This document shows, in pieces, positions 36,999-46,597 of a DNA stretch of 64,000 nucleotides. The first letter of the stretch is position 1, and each line of letters opens with the position of its first letter. A model generated the notes under the pieces. The model saw only the letters and a program-made list of their open reading frames with translations. It ran no database searches and was not told where the DNA came from. This DNA comes from Vulcanimicrobiota bacterium (lineage in GTDB: Bacteria; Vulcanimicrobiota; Xenobia; Xenobiales; JADMJV01), in the NCBI GenBank assembly GCA_050250895.1, contig JBFWNU010000003.1, positions 363,302 through 427,301 on the forward strand, in the 5' to 3' direction. A program made the translations under genes and the position numbers.

Positions 36999-37911
36999 TC
37001 GACTTGCCGGCCGGGAAGGTCTCGACCGGATCGGGTCCATTGCCCGGCGTCTTGAGCTTAGGCTCGACGATCTTTCCGGTATCGGCCTCTCGATAGGCGT
37101 GGGTGCGGGTGCCTCGATGCGAGAACTCCTCGGGGGTGTTGACCTTCTGCCACTTTTCGCCACCGTGTTGGGCTTTTAGTCGAGGTGTGTCGCGCAGTTC
37201 GGACTTGGTGCCGTGGCCCGACTGGACCTCGACCTTGCCGTCTTTGAGAGCGCCGCGCTGCTGTTGGTCGCGCAGGTCCTGGGCCAGGCGGCGTCCGTTG
37301 GCGGCGTTCTGGGGGTTTTCGCCGGGGCTGGGTTGACGAGGGCCTTGCGGTCCCCCAGGACCTTGGGGCCCCTGCGGCCCGCCCGGACCCTTGGGCCCGT
37401 GAGCCCCTGGGCCGCCGGGCACTTTCTTGGGCCCACCGGCGAAATCTTGCAACCCTTTGCCCAGCCGGCGCGACAGGTTGCCCACCAGCTTGTCGCCACC
37501 GAGCCGGTTGAAAAGTTTGGCACCGAGCTTGGCCCCTTTAGCCTGGGGAAGCACGTTGAGCAGGCCCATGCCGGCGTGCAGGGCGGCTGAACCGTAGTTG
37601 CCCTTCTTGAAGTCTCCCACTGCATCTTTGACGTTGCGGATCGAGTCGCCGATCACGAAGTCATAGACTCCTTTGCCGAAACTTTGAGCCATGGCCGCCG
37701 CCTGGCTCTGGGCTCCCGGGCTAGGCTTTTCGTTGCGACTCTTGTCGGTGGTGACGCGATCTCTCGGCTGGGCCTGAGAAGGCCTGGCCGTGCTGCTGCG
37801 CGGCGAGGGGTTGGCCCGGCTGGTGCGGGCGGGTGAACTGCGGGCCGGAGCGCTGCTTCGGCTGGGCGGGGCCTTCGGTCTGGTGCCCGAGGCTCGAGGT
37901 GCTTGAGGCAT
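36934..37911 (-). CDS. Polymorphic-toxin-like protein: Ser/Pro/Arg leader, pre-toxin-like helices, GP linker, C-terminal putative nuclease
   Basis: GVYDFVIGD...GNYGSAALHAGMGLLNVLP.AKGAK; C-terminal GHGTKSELRDTPRLKAQHGG..WQK...THAYR...GKIVEPKLK. Confidence 0.6.
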   Translation of the reverse strand: MPQAPRASGTRPKAPPSRSSAPARSSPARTSRANPSPRSSTARPSQAQPRDRVTTDKSRNEKPSPGAQSQAAAMAQSFGKGVYDFVIGDSIRNVKDAVGDFKKGNYGSAALHAGMGLLNVLPQAKGAKLGAKLFNRLGGDKLVGNLSRRLGKGLQDFAGGPKKVPGGPGAHGPKGPGGPQGPQGPGGPQGPRQPSPGENPQNAANGRRLAQDLRDQQQRGALKDGKVEVQSGHGTKSELRDTPRLKAQHGGEKWQKVNTPEEFSHRGTRTHAYREADTGKIVEPKLKTPGNGPDPVETFPAGKSIIQRQPGGPIEKIEYPSGLGT

Positions 37912-38034
37912 TGGTTTCTCTCTCTTTGGAAGTGCTGACCTACTTTCGAGTGTGCCGTCTTTGGGGCGCCAAGATCGTTACCGTCAGGTTGCCGATGTTA
38001 ACGACATGTTTCCGCGTTTCGGCGGCGGTGTTAA

Positions 38035-38067
38035 TTTCAAGCATGTTTGAGGCCAGTCGGCTAGGCT
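38035..38067 (+). promoter_or_regulatory. Direct-repeat promoter motif TTTCA-N6-TTTGA-N11-TAGGCT
   Basis: 8 nt before ATG 38076, no SD. Confidence 0.72.
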
Positions 38068-38075
38068 GAGAGTGT

Positions 38076-39182
38076 ATGGTCATTCGTCCTCTGCAAAGGG
38101 CATTGCTTTGGGCTCGGCGCGAGCCGGCGCCGAGGCATGACGAGCGCGACCTGATCGAGCGCTCGCCCAGCGGTCTGGTCCAGGCCGGGCGCACGGCCGC
38201 GGCGTTCGTATTACAGAAGGGTCTACCTCTGGCGGGCGTGGCGGTCGGTGGGGGCGCCGGATTGGCCGCGGGCACCGTCGCCACCGGCCTGTTGAGTTAT
38301 CTGGACGCACCCGAGCAGACCCCTCGACAGCGACTGACCGGGGCCCTGATCACGGCTGCCGGGGCCGGGCTGGTGGCGGGTGCGGCCGGGCTGGTTCACC
38401 CCGCGCTTGCCCTTGGCCTTTTGGGGGTCGGGACGGCCCTGGCGGCTGTGCTCGAGCTTGACTCGCGGCCTCACCAGAATTGGCGGGTCGACCTGGGCGG
38501 GTTCGCCGAGGCTTACGCCCAGCGGGCCGGCCAATTGCTGGCCGAGCGCGGTCTGGAGTTGCCGGGCTCGGGCCCAGGGTTTTCGCTTTCCGAGACGGGG
38601 GCCAACTTCCGGGCCCAGCGACGGATCGCCGAGATCACCGCTTTCAGCTGCCAGCATCTAGGGCCGGCGGCGGTGGTGGGACTGGTCGAGCAGTTGGGAC
38701 GGGAGCGGTTCGACTCGCAATTTGTCGACTGTCCTGAGCCGGTTCGCGTCACTTCGCGCCAGCAGCGCGATGGGGTCGAGATCGTGCGGGTCGAGGATTT
38801 GGCCGGCACCACCGCCCTGGCCGAGACCACCCGGGTGCTGGTGGACAGTTCGCTTGCGCCGGGCACGCCGCTTCACGATTTCGTGCTGGGTCACGAACTG
38901 AGCCACGTGCATCATCAGGACTGGGCGGCTCGACTGGCGGTGCTGACAGTAGGGGATAGCCTGTCGGGTGCGCTCGCTCGGCAATGGAAAGAGGCCGTTA
39001 AAGCAGCGACTCATCAGACCGAGCTACGCAGTGATGCCGAGGGAATGGGCTATGCGCTCAGGCAGGGTCACTCCCGGTCGGCCGTGCTGGAGGCGGCTCG
39101 GGGTCTCTTGGGTGAGGATCAGGCCTCGGCCCAGCACCCTGCCGGGCCGGAGCGTCTAAAGGCCCTGACTTTGGTTCTCTAG
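38076..39182 (+). CDS. Membrane-associated M48-like zinc metallopeptidase
   Basis: FVLGHELSHV, ELRSDAEG, QHPAGPERL; Gly/Ala-rich TM segments. Confidence 0.75.
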   Translation: MVIRPLQRALLWARREPAPRHDERDLIERSPSGLVQAGRTAAAFVLQKGLPLAGVAVGGGAGLAAGTVATGLLSYLDAPEQTPRQRLTGALITAAGAGLVAGAAGLVHPALALGLLGVGTALAAVLELDSRPHQNWRVDLGGFAEAYAQRAGQLLAERGLELPGSGPGFSLSETGANFRAQRRIAEITAFSCQHLGPAAVVGLVEQLGRERFDSQFVDCPEPVRVTSRQQRDGVEIVRVEDLAGTTALAETTRVLVDSSLAPGTPLHDFVLGHELSHVHHQDWAARLAVLTVGDSLSGALARQWKEAVKAATHQTELRSDAEGMGYALRQGHSRSAVLEAARGLLGEDQASAQHPAGPERLKALTLVL

Positions 39183-39676
39183 AGGACCGCGGCCACGTAG
39201 GCTACGGCCGCGGCCCCGCCGAGGCCCGCGCTGGTGGCCACATCCAGGCCCAGCATGTGGGCGGCCACCGTGGTTCCAACTCCCACCGGTACGCTGAGCG
39301 ACGAGAGGAGGGGGGAGAATTGGCTTTTCGAGGTGGCCACCCTGGTGGCCACCACCGCCCCTGCCGTCAGGCCTACCGCCAGCGACACGGGACCAGCCAG
39401 TTCGCCCGCCAGGTGGCCCAGGGTTTTCGATTGATCGAGCAGGGTCATGGCTACCGGAAAGGTGTCGATCGCTCCGCGCAAGAGCAAGCCCGTCCCGACG
39501 GTGGCTGCCCCGGCTGTTACCGACCCTAAAGAAAACGCCGCCAGCGAGCGACCTGCCGAAAGCGCTACCGTATCCTGCGGCTCCGCCGAAGAGCTCTCGG
39601 GCTTGGCACCGCCGGGGTTATGACTGACGGCCGCTCGGGTGGCGGCGGTATTGGGGTTCTGGGCAAAAATCTTCAT
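39179..39676 (-). CDS. Hypothetical membrane protein with MKI leader
   Basis: MKIFAQNPN...PQDTVALS then Gly/Ala-rich hydrophobic helices. Confidence 0.7.
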   Translation of the reverse strand: MKIFAQNPNTAATRAAVSHNPGGAKPESSSAEPQDTVALSAGRSLAAFSLGSVTAGAATVGTGLLLRGAIDTFPVAMTLLDQSKTLGHLAGELAGPVSLAVGLTAGAVVATRVATSKSQFSPLLSSLSVPVGVGTTVAAHMLGLDVATSAGLGGAAAVAYVAAVL

Positions 39677-39682
39677 GCCCAG

Positions 39683-39714
39683 AGCCTATTGGAGAACTCT
39701 TAAAAATCTTGAAA
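39683..39714 (-). promoter_or_regulatory. Direct-repeat promoter motif TTTCA-N5-TTTAA-N11-TAGGCT
   Basis: 6 nt before ATG 39676 (leaderless). Confidence 0.7.
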
Positions 39715-39756
39715 TAACTGGCGCCAAACGTTAATAAAGCGTTAAACGCCTTGGCG

Positions 39757-40578
39757 TCAGGTAGCCACCTTTTCGCAGTTGGGGTAATCGGGCCGGCTGA
39801 CCTGCTCGGGGTCGGTGATCTTCCAGACTTCGTTAGTCATCGGATTGTAGGGCAACGAGATGTGTTCGTGGGCGATCATCCACTGGCCGTTCACCCGGCG
39901 AAAGCCCACCGTGACTCGAAACCAGCTTTGGCCGCAGGGGTGACCTTCGGCCACGAAGTGGTGCAGGCAGAAGACATAGGCCAGGTTGCCCTCGACTTCG
40001 ATGGTGAGGTCGCGATGCTCCGAGCCGAAGCCTTCGGGGAAGAAGGGCAGACAGTGTTCCCAGGCCGCCCGAATGGCCTCGCGACCCACTGTCTTGTACG
40101 GCGGAATCAGGTCGTATTGGACGGCCTCGGGCAGGTAGAAATCCATCAGGGCGCCGACATCTCTGGTTTCGAGGGCCCGGGACCAGGCGGCGATGCGCTC
40201 GCGCAGGACACCCTTCTCGTCGACCACCGCTGGCAGTTTGATGGTGGCTCGGATTTCGAACGGACCCATGCGTACGCCGGGGTGCTTCTTCATCAGCTCG
40301 ACAGCCTGGTCCAAGCTGTCGGCTTCCAGTTCGAGAATACCGCCGAGGGTCTCCTTGGTCTCGGCGAAGGGGCCGTCGGTGACCATGATCTTGCCGTTCT
40401 TCCACTGCAACGTCCGGGCCACCCTGGCCGAGTCGAGACAGGCGCCTCCGGCCACATGGTTGCCAGCCTTGAGCACCTCATCATACTCCAGGCACTGGGT
40501 CATCCGCTCGGAACGCTCCTCCTCAGATAGGGCATTCCACTGGTCTTCATCGATAAAGCCTAAACAAACGAACTTCAT
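39757..40578 (-). CDS. YciI-domain + SnoaL/NTF2-like fusion protein
   Basis: TDGPFAETKETLGG...FEIR (YciI); RVTVGFRRVNGQWMIAHEHISLP (SnoaL_3). Confidence 0.88.
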   Translation of the reverse strand: MKFVCLGFIDEDQWNALSEEERSERMTQCLEYDEVLKAGNHVAGGACLDSARVARTLQWKNGKIMVTDGPFAETKETLGGILELEADSLDQAVELMKKHPGVRMGPFEIRATIKLPAVVDEKGVLRERIAAWSRALETRDVGALMDFYLPEAVQYDLIPPYKTVGREAIRAAWEHCLPFFPEGFGSEHRDLTIEVEGNLAYVFCLHHFVAEGHPCGQSWFRVTVGFRRVNGQWMIAHEHISLPYNPMTNEVWKITDPEQVSRPDYPNCEKVAT

Positions 40579-40666
40579 AACAAACTCCTTCTCGTTGGCT
40601 TGAGGGGTGACCCTCTTTCATGAGTTGGCCGAACGAGAACTGGCTGGATCGACAGGGCCAGCGAAA

Positions 40667-43306
40667 TTAGTCGCGGCGAGAGAGGCGGCGCTCGAGCAGG
40701 CCCTCTTCCAGGTGCTCGGCCAGGTCTTGACGAGCCTGACGTGCCAGGCGGGTGGCTTCTTCAAAGCTATCCTCACCCACCTCGAGGGGAGCCAGAAAGG
40801 ACACCGTCACCCGCCCTCGGGCCGGCACCCAGTGACCCTGCGGCATCAGTTCGCGACTGCCGGCGATGGCCACCGGCTGCAGCACCGAGCCGCTGGCGGC
40901 GGCGGCTCGAAAGGCTCCCGTGGCAAAGCTGCGCAAGCCGGTGGCGGCCTCGATGCCGCCCTCGGGAAAGACCGCCATGCAAGCCCCCGACCGCAGTGCC
41001 GAGGTCATCTGGGTCAGGGCCTGATCAGCCTCGCCCAGGCCCCGGCGCACCAGGATGTGGTGGTCGACCAGGCCCCGCAAGAGAGGATGACGGGCTGCCG
41101 TCTGCGCCATCACGAAGCGCAGGTCGGGCTGGGCCGCCAGCAAGATCAGCGGGTCGAGCAGGCTGGCGTGGTTGGCTACCACACACAGGTTGGCGGCAGC
41201 AGCGGGGCAGCCACGCACTTCGAGCTCGATACCCAGGCGCCCAAAAAGGCGCGGCACGGCCTTTTCGACCGGCTGCCCGAGCTTGAGTTCGGCCCAGCAG
41301 GCCAGGGCGCAGCCCCAACTGTGGGCGGCCCGCGCCGCCCTCGACAGGCGGGGTAAAGAGCCTTCGAGCCAGGCCAGGCCGGCTCGGGCCAACCACTTGC
41401 CCGACAATCTGGGAGGGCGAAGCTCGTCTTCAAGATAGCGTCGCCTCGACTCGGCCCGGCGCACTTTGCCGCTGGGAGTCTTGGGCAGGGTGCGCGGGGG
41501 CAGCACCACCACCTCGGCGGGCAACCCCACCGCCTGCTGGACCTGAGCGCGGATGGCTTCCACCAGATTCGGCTGGGCCGCGCGGCCCTCGGCCAGCACC
41601 ACCAGCCTTTGACTGCCGTCGTGTTCGACCCCGAAGGCCACCACACACCCCGGACGCACACCCTCGAGGGTGGCCACCGAGGCCTCGATGTCGTGGGGGT
41701 GCAGATTGCGACCGGCCACGATGATCAGGTCTTTCTGGCGACCGGTGAGAAACAGCTCGCCGTCGAGCAGAAAGCCGAGGTCGCCGGTGTCATGCCAGGG
41801 ACGCTCGCGCCGCGGCTCGCCGAAGTAGCCGGCCATGACCGAGTCCCCGGCCACTTCCACTCGCCCCTGCCGGCGTTCGGGCAGGGCCGCCCCATTGGCG
41901 TCCACGATGCGCACTTGCATGTTCTCGAGCGGCAGCCCGCTCGAAACGAAGCTATTCTGACCGGCTTCGAGATGACCCTCGGAGGTCAGTTGCAGCTGCT
42001 CGACCCGCGTGCCCCGGCCGATCGGATTGAAGCTGACCGCCAGGGTGGCCTCGGCCAGGCCGTAGGCCGGAAACATCGTGCCTGGGCGAAAACCATAGGG
42101 CTCGAAGCGCTCGATGAAGGCCCGGGTGGTCTCGGCCAGAATCGGCTCGGCTCCGTTGAGGGCGATGCGCCAGCTGGAAAGGTCGAGCCCTTCCAACTCG
42201 TCGTCGCGCAGCTTATGGGCGCAGATAGCATAGGCGAAGTTGGGAGCCGCCGTCATGGTGCCGCGATAGTCCGAAAAGGCCCGTAGCCAGCGCACCGGCC
42301 GGCCCAGAAACTTCTCGGGCCCCATCACCACCAGCGGCAGGCCGTGCGAGAAGCTGCCCAAGGAGGTGCCGATCAGGCCCATATCGTGATAGAGCGGCAG
42401 CCAGCTGACCATCACATCGTGGGAGTCCATCGCAAAGCCAGTGCCGATGTCCCAGATGTTGGTCAACAGATTGCGGTGGGTCAGAGGCACGCCTTTCGGC
42501 TTGCCGGTGCTGCCCGAGGTATACTGCAGAAAGGCCAGGCTCTGGTCGGTCAGTTCAGCCATGGGAGCCACTCCGGCCCCGTGCAGGTTGCGGGGGCTGG
42601 TGATGGTGTGAAGGCTGGAACGTCGTCGCAGCAGCTCGGCCATGGGCCCTAGCGCCGGCAGAGTGACCAGCACCCGCGCTCCGGAGTTTTGTAGAATGGC
42701 GTCCTGGCGCAGGATGAAGTCCTCGGCCTGATCGAGGCGCAAAGGCGGATAGAGCGGCACGCCCACGGCCCCGATCCAGAGGCAGCCATAGAAGACGGTG
42801 AAAAAGTCGAGGCTGGTGGGCAACATGATGGCCACTCGCTCGCCGGGACGAACCCCCAGCGCCAGCAGGCCCGCGCCCATCCGGCGGGCCTGGGCCACCA
42901 GTTCGCTATAGGAAGGAGCGGCCGCTTCGGCCTTGCCGTCGAGCAGCACCAGGGCGGTCTGGTCCGGTTGCTGTTCGGCCTGATACACCAGCGCCTCGAG
43001 CAGGGTCTGGCTGTGGAGAGGGCGGGCCGGCATCTGGCGCCCGCTGACCACCGTCTGCTGATGACTCTCACGGGACGGGCTTTGGCCCAGCAATTCGCTC
43101 ACCTGGCGAGCCGTAAAGACGGCCCGTTCATCCACCGGCCGGCCCAGCCGCTCTTCCAGGCGGCGCACCAGTTCGAGCCGTTCCAGGCTACCCAGCCCCA
43201 GGTCGACTTCTAGCTCTGAGGCCAGGGTGGGAGGGGGAAAGTCTTCCGAGAGCTGGTGGGACAGCTCGCCCACGACCTCCAGTACGATATCCTGTTCAGC
43301 GCGCAC
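40667..43306 (-). CDS. ACP - fatty acyl-AMP ligase - acyltransferase fusion
   Basis: DLGLGSLERLEL (ACP); QYTSGSTGKPKG, SWLPLYHDMGLIG, YGLAEATL, PKTPSGK (FAAL); NHASLLD, FPEG (PlsC). Confidence 0.9.
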   Translation of the reverse strand: MRAEQDIVLEVVGELSHQLSEDFPPPTLASELEVDLGLGSLERLELVRRLEERLGRPVDERAVFTARQVSELLGQSPSRESHQQTVVSGRQMPARPLHSQTLLEALVYQAEQQPDQTALVLLDGKAEAAAPSYSELVAQARRMGAGLLALGVRPGERVAIMLPTSLDFFTVFYGCLWIGAVGVPLYPPLRLDQAEDFILRQDAILQNSGARVLVTLPALGPMAELLRRRSSLHTITSPRNLHGAGVAPMAELTDQSLAFLQYTSGSTGKPKGVPLTHRNLLTNIWDIGTGFAMDSHDVMVSWLPLYHDMGLIGTSLGSFSHGLPLVVMGPEKFLGRPVRWLRAFSDYRGTMTAAPNFAYAICAHKLRDDELEGLDLSSWRIALNGAEPILAETTRAFIERFEPYGFRPGTMFPAYGLAEATLAVSFNPIGRGTRVEQLQLTSEGHLEAGQNSFVSSGLPLENMQVRIVDANGAALPERRQGRVEVAGDSVMAGYFGEPRRERPWHDTGDLGFLLDGELFLTGRQKDLIIVAGRNLHPHDIEASVATLEGVRPGCVVAFGVEHDGSQRLVVLAEGRAAQPNLVEAIRAQVQQAVGLPAEVVVLPPRTLPKTPSGKVRRAESRRRYLEDELRPPRLSGKWLARAGLAWLEGSLPRLSRAARAAHSWGCALACWAELKLGQPVEKAVPRLFGRLGIELEVRGCPAAAANLCVVANHASLLDPLILLAAQPDLRFVMAQTAARHPLLRGLVDHHILVRRGLGEADQALTQMTSALRSGACMAVFPEGGIEAATGLRSFATGAFRAAAASGSVLQPVAIAGSRELMPQGHWVPARGRVTVSFLAPLEVGEDSFEEATRLARQARQDLAEHLEEGLLERRLSRRD

Positions 43307-43451
43307 GGCCGGGCTTTCCGCGGGGGGCGGTCACTTCCTTCCGTGACTGGCTACAAGCCTCAGGTCTCGAGGCCGAAACCGCCGTCGGGCCCGAATGGGT
43401 GGCATTAGAAGGCGAAGGGCCGTCAGCCGGTTGGAGTCGTCCCTGAAGTAG

Positions 43452-44306
43452 TTGGTAGTCGTTTGCGTACGGCCCGGGTCGAGAACCCGGGCGATCGCCG
43501 GCCATCTCGAAGAGCTGCCGCTGTTTTCCAAAGCCTGCGAAGAGAACCGAATCTGCTGGTCCAATCTGCGCGTGGTCACCCGCATCGTGACGCCCGAGAC
43601 CGAAGAGGCCTGGCTTGACCTGGCGGTGCGCCTCAAGCCTCATCGGCTGGCCCGCCTGGTGGCCGGGGCCAATCGCGGTGACACTCCGGCCGAGGCGGCC
43701 CTGAATATGGTAGAAGAGGTCGAGCTTCGTTTTCGGGTGACTCCCGAGGTGTCCGAGCTGTGGTCGCGAGCGGTGACCGTAATCTCGAGAGACAATGGGG
43801 GTACGGTCAATCCGGCCGAGGCGTTCGAATGGATCCTGGCCGACTTTCTGGGTGGCCAGGTAGAGCAGCTCAAGGTTGAGGCCGCCCAGGAGCTGGTCGC
43901 TCCGGTCGAGGCGCTGGCAATGCAGACACACGTGTGTCAGGGCGAGTCGAAGTTGCAATTGGCCGGACGGTTGAGGTTCAATCCCAGCAAGCGGCAGGCG
44001 ACTGCCGCCCAGCGCCGGGCAGTGCTGCGGCGGGATGGCTATCGCTGCTCTTGTCCGGGTTGCCCCAATCAACTCTGACTCGATGTGCATCACGTGGTGT
44101 TCTACTGTCGCGGCGGACCGACGGTGCCCGAGAATCTGGTGGTGGTGTGCTCGCGCTGCCACAAGAACATCCATCAGGGCATCCTGCGCGTGAGCGGGGT
44201 GGCTCCCCAGGGGCTGGTCTGGCGCGATCGCCGCGGACGTGATCTCGAAGGCCAGCGCGAGAGCGGGCTATTGGAATGGCTGCTGGAATGGGCTCGAGCT
44301 GGCTAA
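43452..44306 (+). pseudogene. 5'-truncated DUF222-like/HNH endonuclease pseudogene with in-frame TGA at 44076
   Basis: RRDGYRCSCPGCPNQL*LDVHH...PENLVVVCSRCHKNIH; the paralog has W at the stop position. Confidence 0.8.
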
Positions 44307-44350
44307 GTTGCGGCGACGGTTCGTACCGAGCAACGCGCTCTTCATCCCAG

Positions 44351-44470
44351 CTATGCCATTGAATCGCTAAATTCGCGTTCGAACTCGAGAAGCTGAGATT
44401 CAGAGGCTCGGGCCACACGAAAGTCGGTTGACCCAATCTCAACAAGCTTCTTTTTGACTTCGTCCCTCAT
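44351..44470 (-). pseudogene. Truncated SMI1/KNR4-like immunity gene fragment
   Basis: Manual translation MRDEVKKKLVEIGSTDFRVARASESQLLEFEREFSDSMA*; ASESQLLEFEREF resembles the SMI1/KNR4 N-terminus. Confidence 0.35.
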
Positions 44471-44548
44471 CGTTTGAGCCCAGCCATCCTTCGGAGAAGT
44501 TCTCGCGACGGCCAGCGCCCCGGCGGGTTTCGGTTGAAGCAGAACCGA

Positions 44549-44800
44549 TCACTCGTAGATTTTTCCTACAAGAAAGATCCTCGCAGCCAATCTCCAGGGC
44601 TCCGTGGACGGATCGACCTCTTTCGTATTCTCGAAAAACGGCATTTTCAACCAGGCGGATACGGCGTCCAAATAATTTTCTACCTTCCAATGCGCCCAAT
44701 CATCCGGAAAGGTAGCACAATCGCGCGAAAGAACTTCCAGAAATTTGGCAAGGTCTTCACGTGAAGCGACTGCATCTGCCATTTTTTCAAGATCATTCAT
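44549..44800 (-). CDS. Small low-GC protein, probable polymorphic-toxin immunity protein (DUF7660-like)
   Basis: VASREDLAKFL..L..D....PDDW....VENYLDA.SAW...PW..AARIFLVGKIYE; GAGG SD; AT-richer DNA. Confidence 0.7.
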   Translation of the reverse strand: MNDLEKMADAVASREDLAKFLEVLSRDCATFPDDWAHWKVENYLDAVSAWLKMPFFENTKEVDPSTEPWRLAARIFLVGKIYE

Positions 44801-44938
44801 GATACCACCCCACTCCTCGTTCTTGGATGGATCCCCCCTCCATTTGTCAATGGAAATATTTCGCCTTCGATAGCAAAGATCCTAATCGGTGGTGTATCCT
44901 AGGCGGTAAGGCGTTCCGTTCGAAGGTCCCTCAGCTCG

Positions 44939-46055
44939 TCAACCTCCGAACCTGCGACCCTCGCGGTCTCGGAAAGTCAGGTCGTCGGGGGCAGTCCCAT
45001 CGATGAAGAGAAAGCCGTCGTGGACGTTGCGATGGCAGGCCGTGCACAAGAAAATCAAGTTATCCGGCACGGTCAGGCCGCCCAGGGCGAAGAAGCGGAT
45101 ATGATGGGATTGCAACCAGATATGGTTCGGGCAGTCGGGAGTCTGGCAGCAGTAGCAGTCGCGAATCTTGAGGGCTTCGGTCTGCGCCGGAGTGAGGCCG
45201 CGGGCGTCGGGGTTGAAGCGGAGCTTCGATGAGACCTCCCAGTGGGGCTCGGCCCGACAGGCCAACTCGACCGCGGAGTTGCCGGGGCACTCTTGGCCGT
45301 CGACCGCGGTGGTGGCCATGAAGAACTCGTCCCCCGGGGGACGAACGCCGAGCTCTTGAGCCAGTTCGTGAGCCTTCCGGATGGGGTCGGCCAGTTTGCG
45401 CCGGCGCGAAGCCGCCACCGCGGCCGCTCGGGCCCGCATCCCCTCGAGGTCCTTGTCGGTGACCGGAGCGGTCTGCAGACGTTGAGCCAACAAGAGGGCC
45501 AGAGCCTCTTTAAGCTCGACCTTGCGCCCCAGTTCGAGGGAAAGCGAATGCAAGGCCAACTTCAGCAGTTCGGCCGTCTCGGGGTCGAGGTGGAGGGTGA
45601 TCTCTTCGGTCTCCACCTTGGTGGGAGAAAGCTCACCGGGCAGGCCGCCTTTGGGAGTGGCGGCCACCAGGCGCCGGATAACCGAAGTGGAATATAGCGA
45701 GGCCAATTCGAGCCAGAGTTTTTCGGTTTCGGGAGTGGCTTTGCTGGCTCTCGCGCAGCTTGGCCCAACCGATGTCGCCTCGTTCGGCGGCCGCGGTGAG
45801 TTGGGGCAGGGCTTCGAGTTGGCGGGCCACGCGACGACAGGCGTTGGCCTCCTTCTTGGTCACTCCCAGCAGCCGGATGGCATAGTGGATCGGGCCGCTG
45901 CAGCCAAAGTCCTGGTAGCGACCGGTAACTTGAAGAGCCAGCAAACAGCGGCCGAGGATGATGCGATGGATGACCAGGCCGGTGCTGGCGCGCCGGGCCA
46001 TATGATGAAGGGCTTCAGGTTCGAGGGCATGAGTGTTTTCTTGAAGTGGTTTCAT
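44939..46055 (-). pseudogene. Frameshifted DUF222-like/HNH endonuclease gene
   Basis: 46055-45750 frame (..GDIGWAKLRE) continues in another frame (ASKATPETEKLWLELA...RDCYCCQTPDCPNHIWLQSHH...DNLIFLCTACHRNVH); shift near 45750. Confidence 0.8.
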
Positions 46056-46597
46056 ACGCCTATTTTACCGTGACAACGGCTGTTCGAGCAAAAGGAAGAA
46101 CAGGAGAAAACGGCTTGGGTATAGGGTTTTTCGGTTGTCTGGGTGATGATGTGCGGGCTTGGAGTGAGCGTTGATGACGCGAAAGTCAGATTTCTGATTG
46201 GAGGCTCGCATAGGGGGCACGAGGCGGCTCTATGGCGCTGTTTGGGAGCGAGATCGCCTGGGCCCGTGTGGTGAGCGAATCGGTTTTTTTTTCAGAAAAT
46301 CCCCCGGGGGACCGGCGCGAGACACCCAGGTTCAGCTCGGGTGACCGCTGTCGCCGACCTTCCCCCGACCGGGCTAAACGACTCACCTCGACCAGGGTTT
46401 GTGGCGGATGATGTCTTCTCGTTGCATCTACGACAAAGGATACGCGGCGGAGGCTCCTTCAAACCCCGCGCCGAGTAAGAAGCGCTCGGAAGCGGTTATT
46501 CGGATCTGTCGTAGTCTCCCAAATCAAAATCTAGCCACCTGTCCAGCTTCGGCAACCTGGGGCAGTCTTCCGCCAGGAAGTCCCCCTGGGACGCGCG

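Noticed and set aside
39730-39746. TTAA-N7-TTAA (CtrA-box-like) site
   Set aside because: Single instance in an AT-rich spacer with no evidence of an alphaproteobacterial host.
44076-44078. Selenocysteine or programmed readthrough at the in-frame TGA of the HNH gene
   Set aside because: The position aligns with Trp in the paralogue and the gene is also 5'-truncated, so a nonsense mutation is simpler; TGA is used as a normal stop elsewhere in the window.
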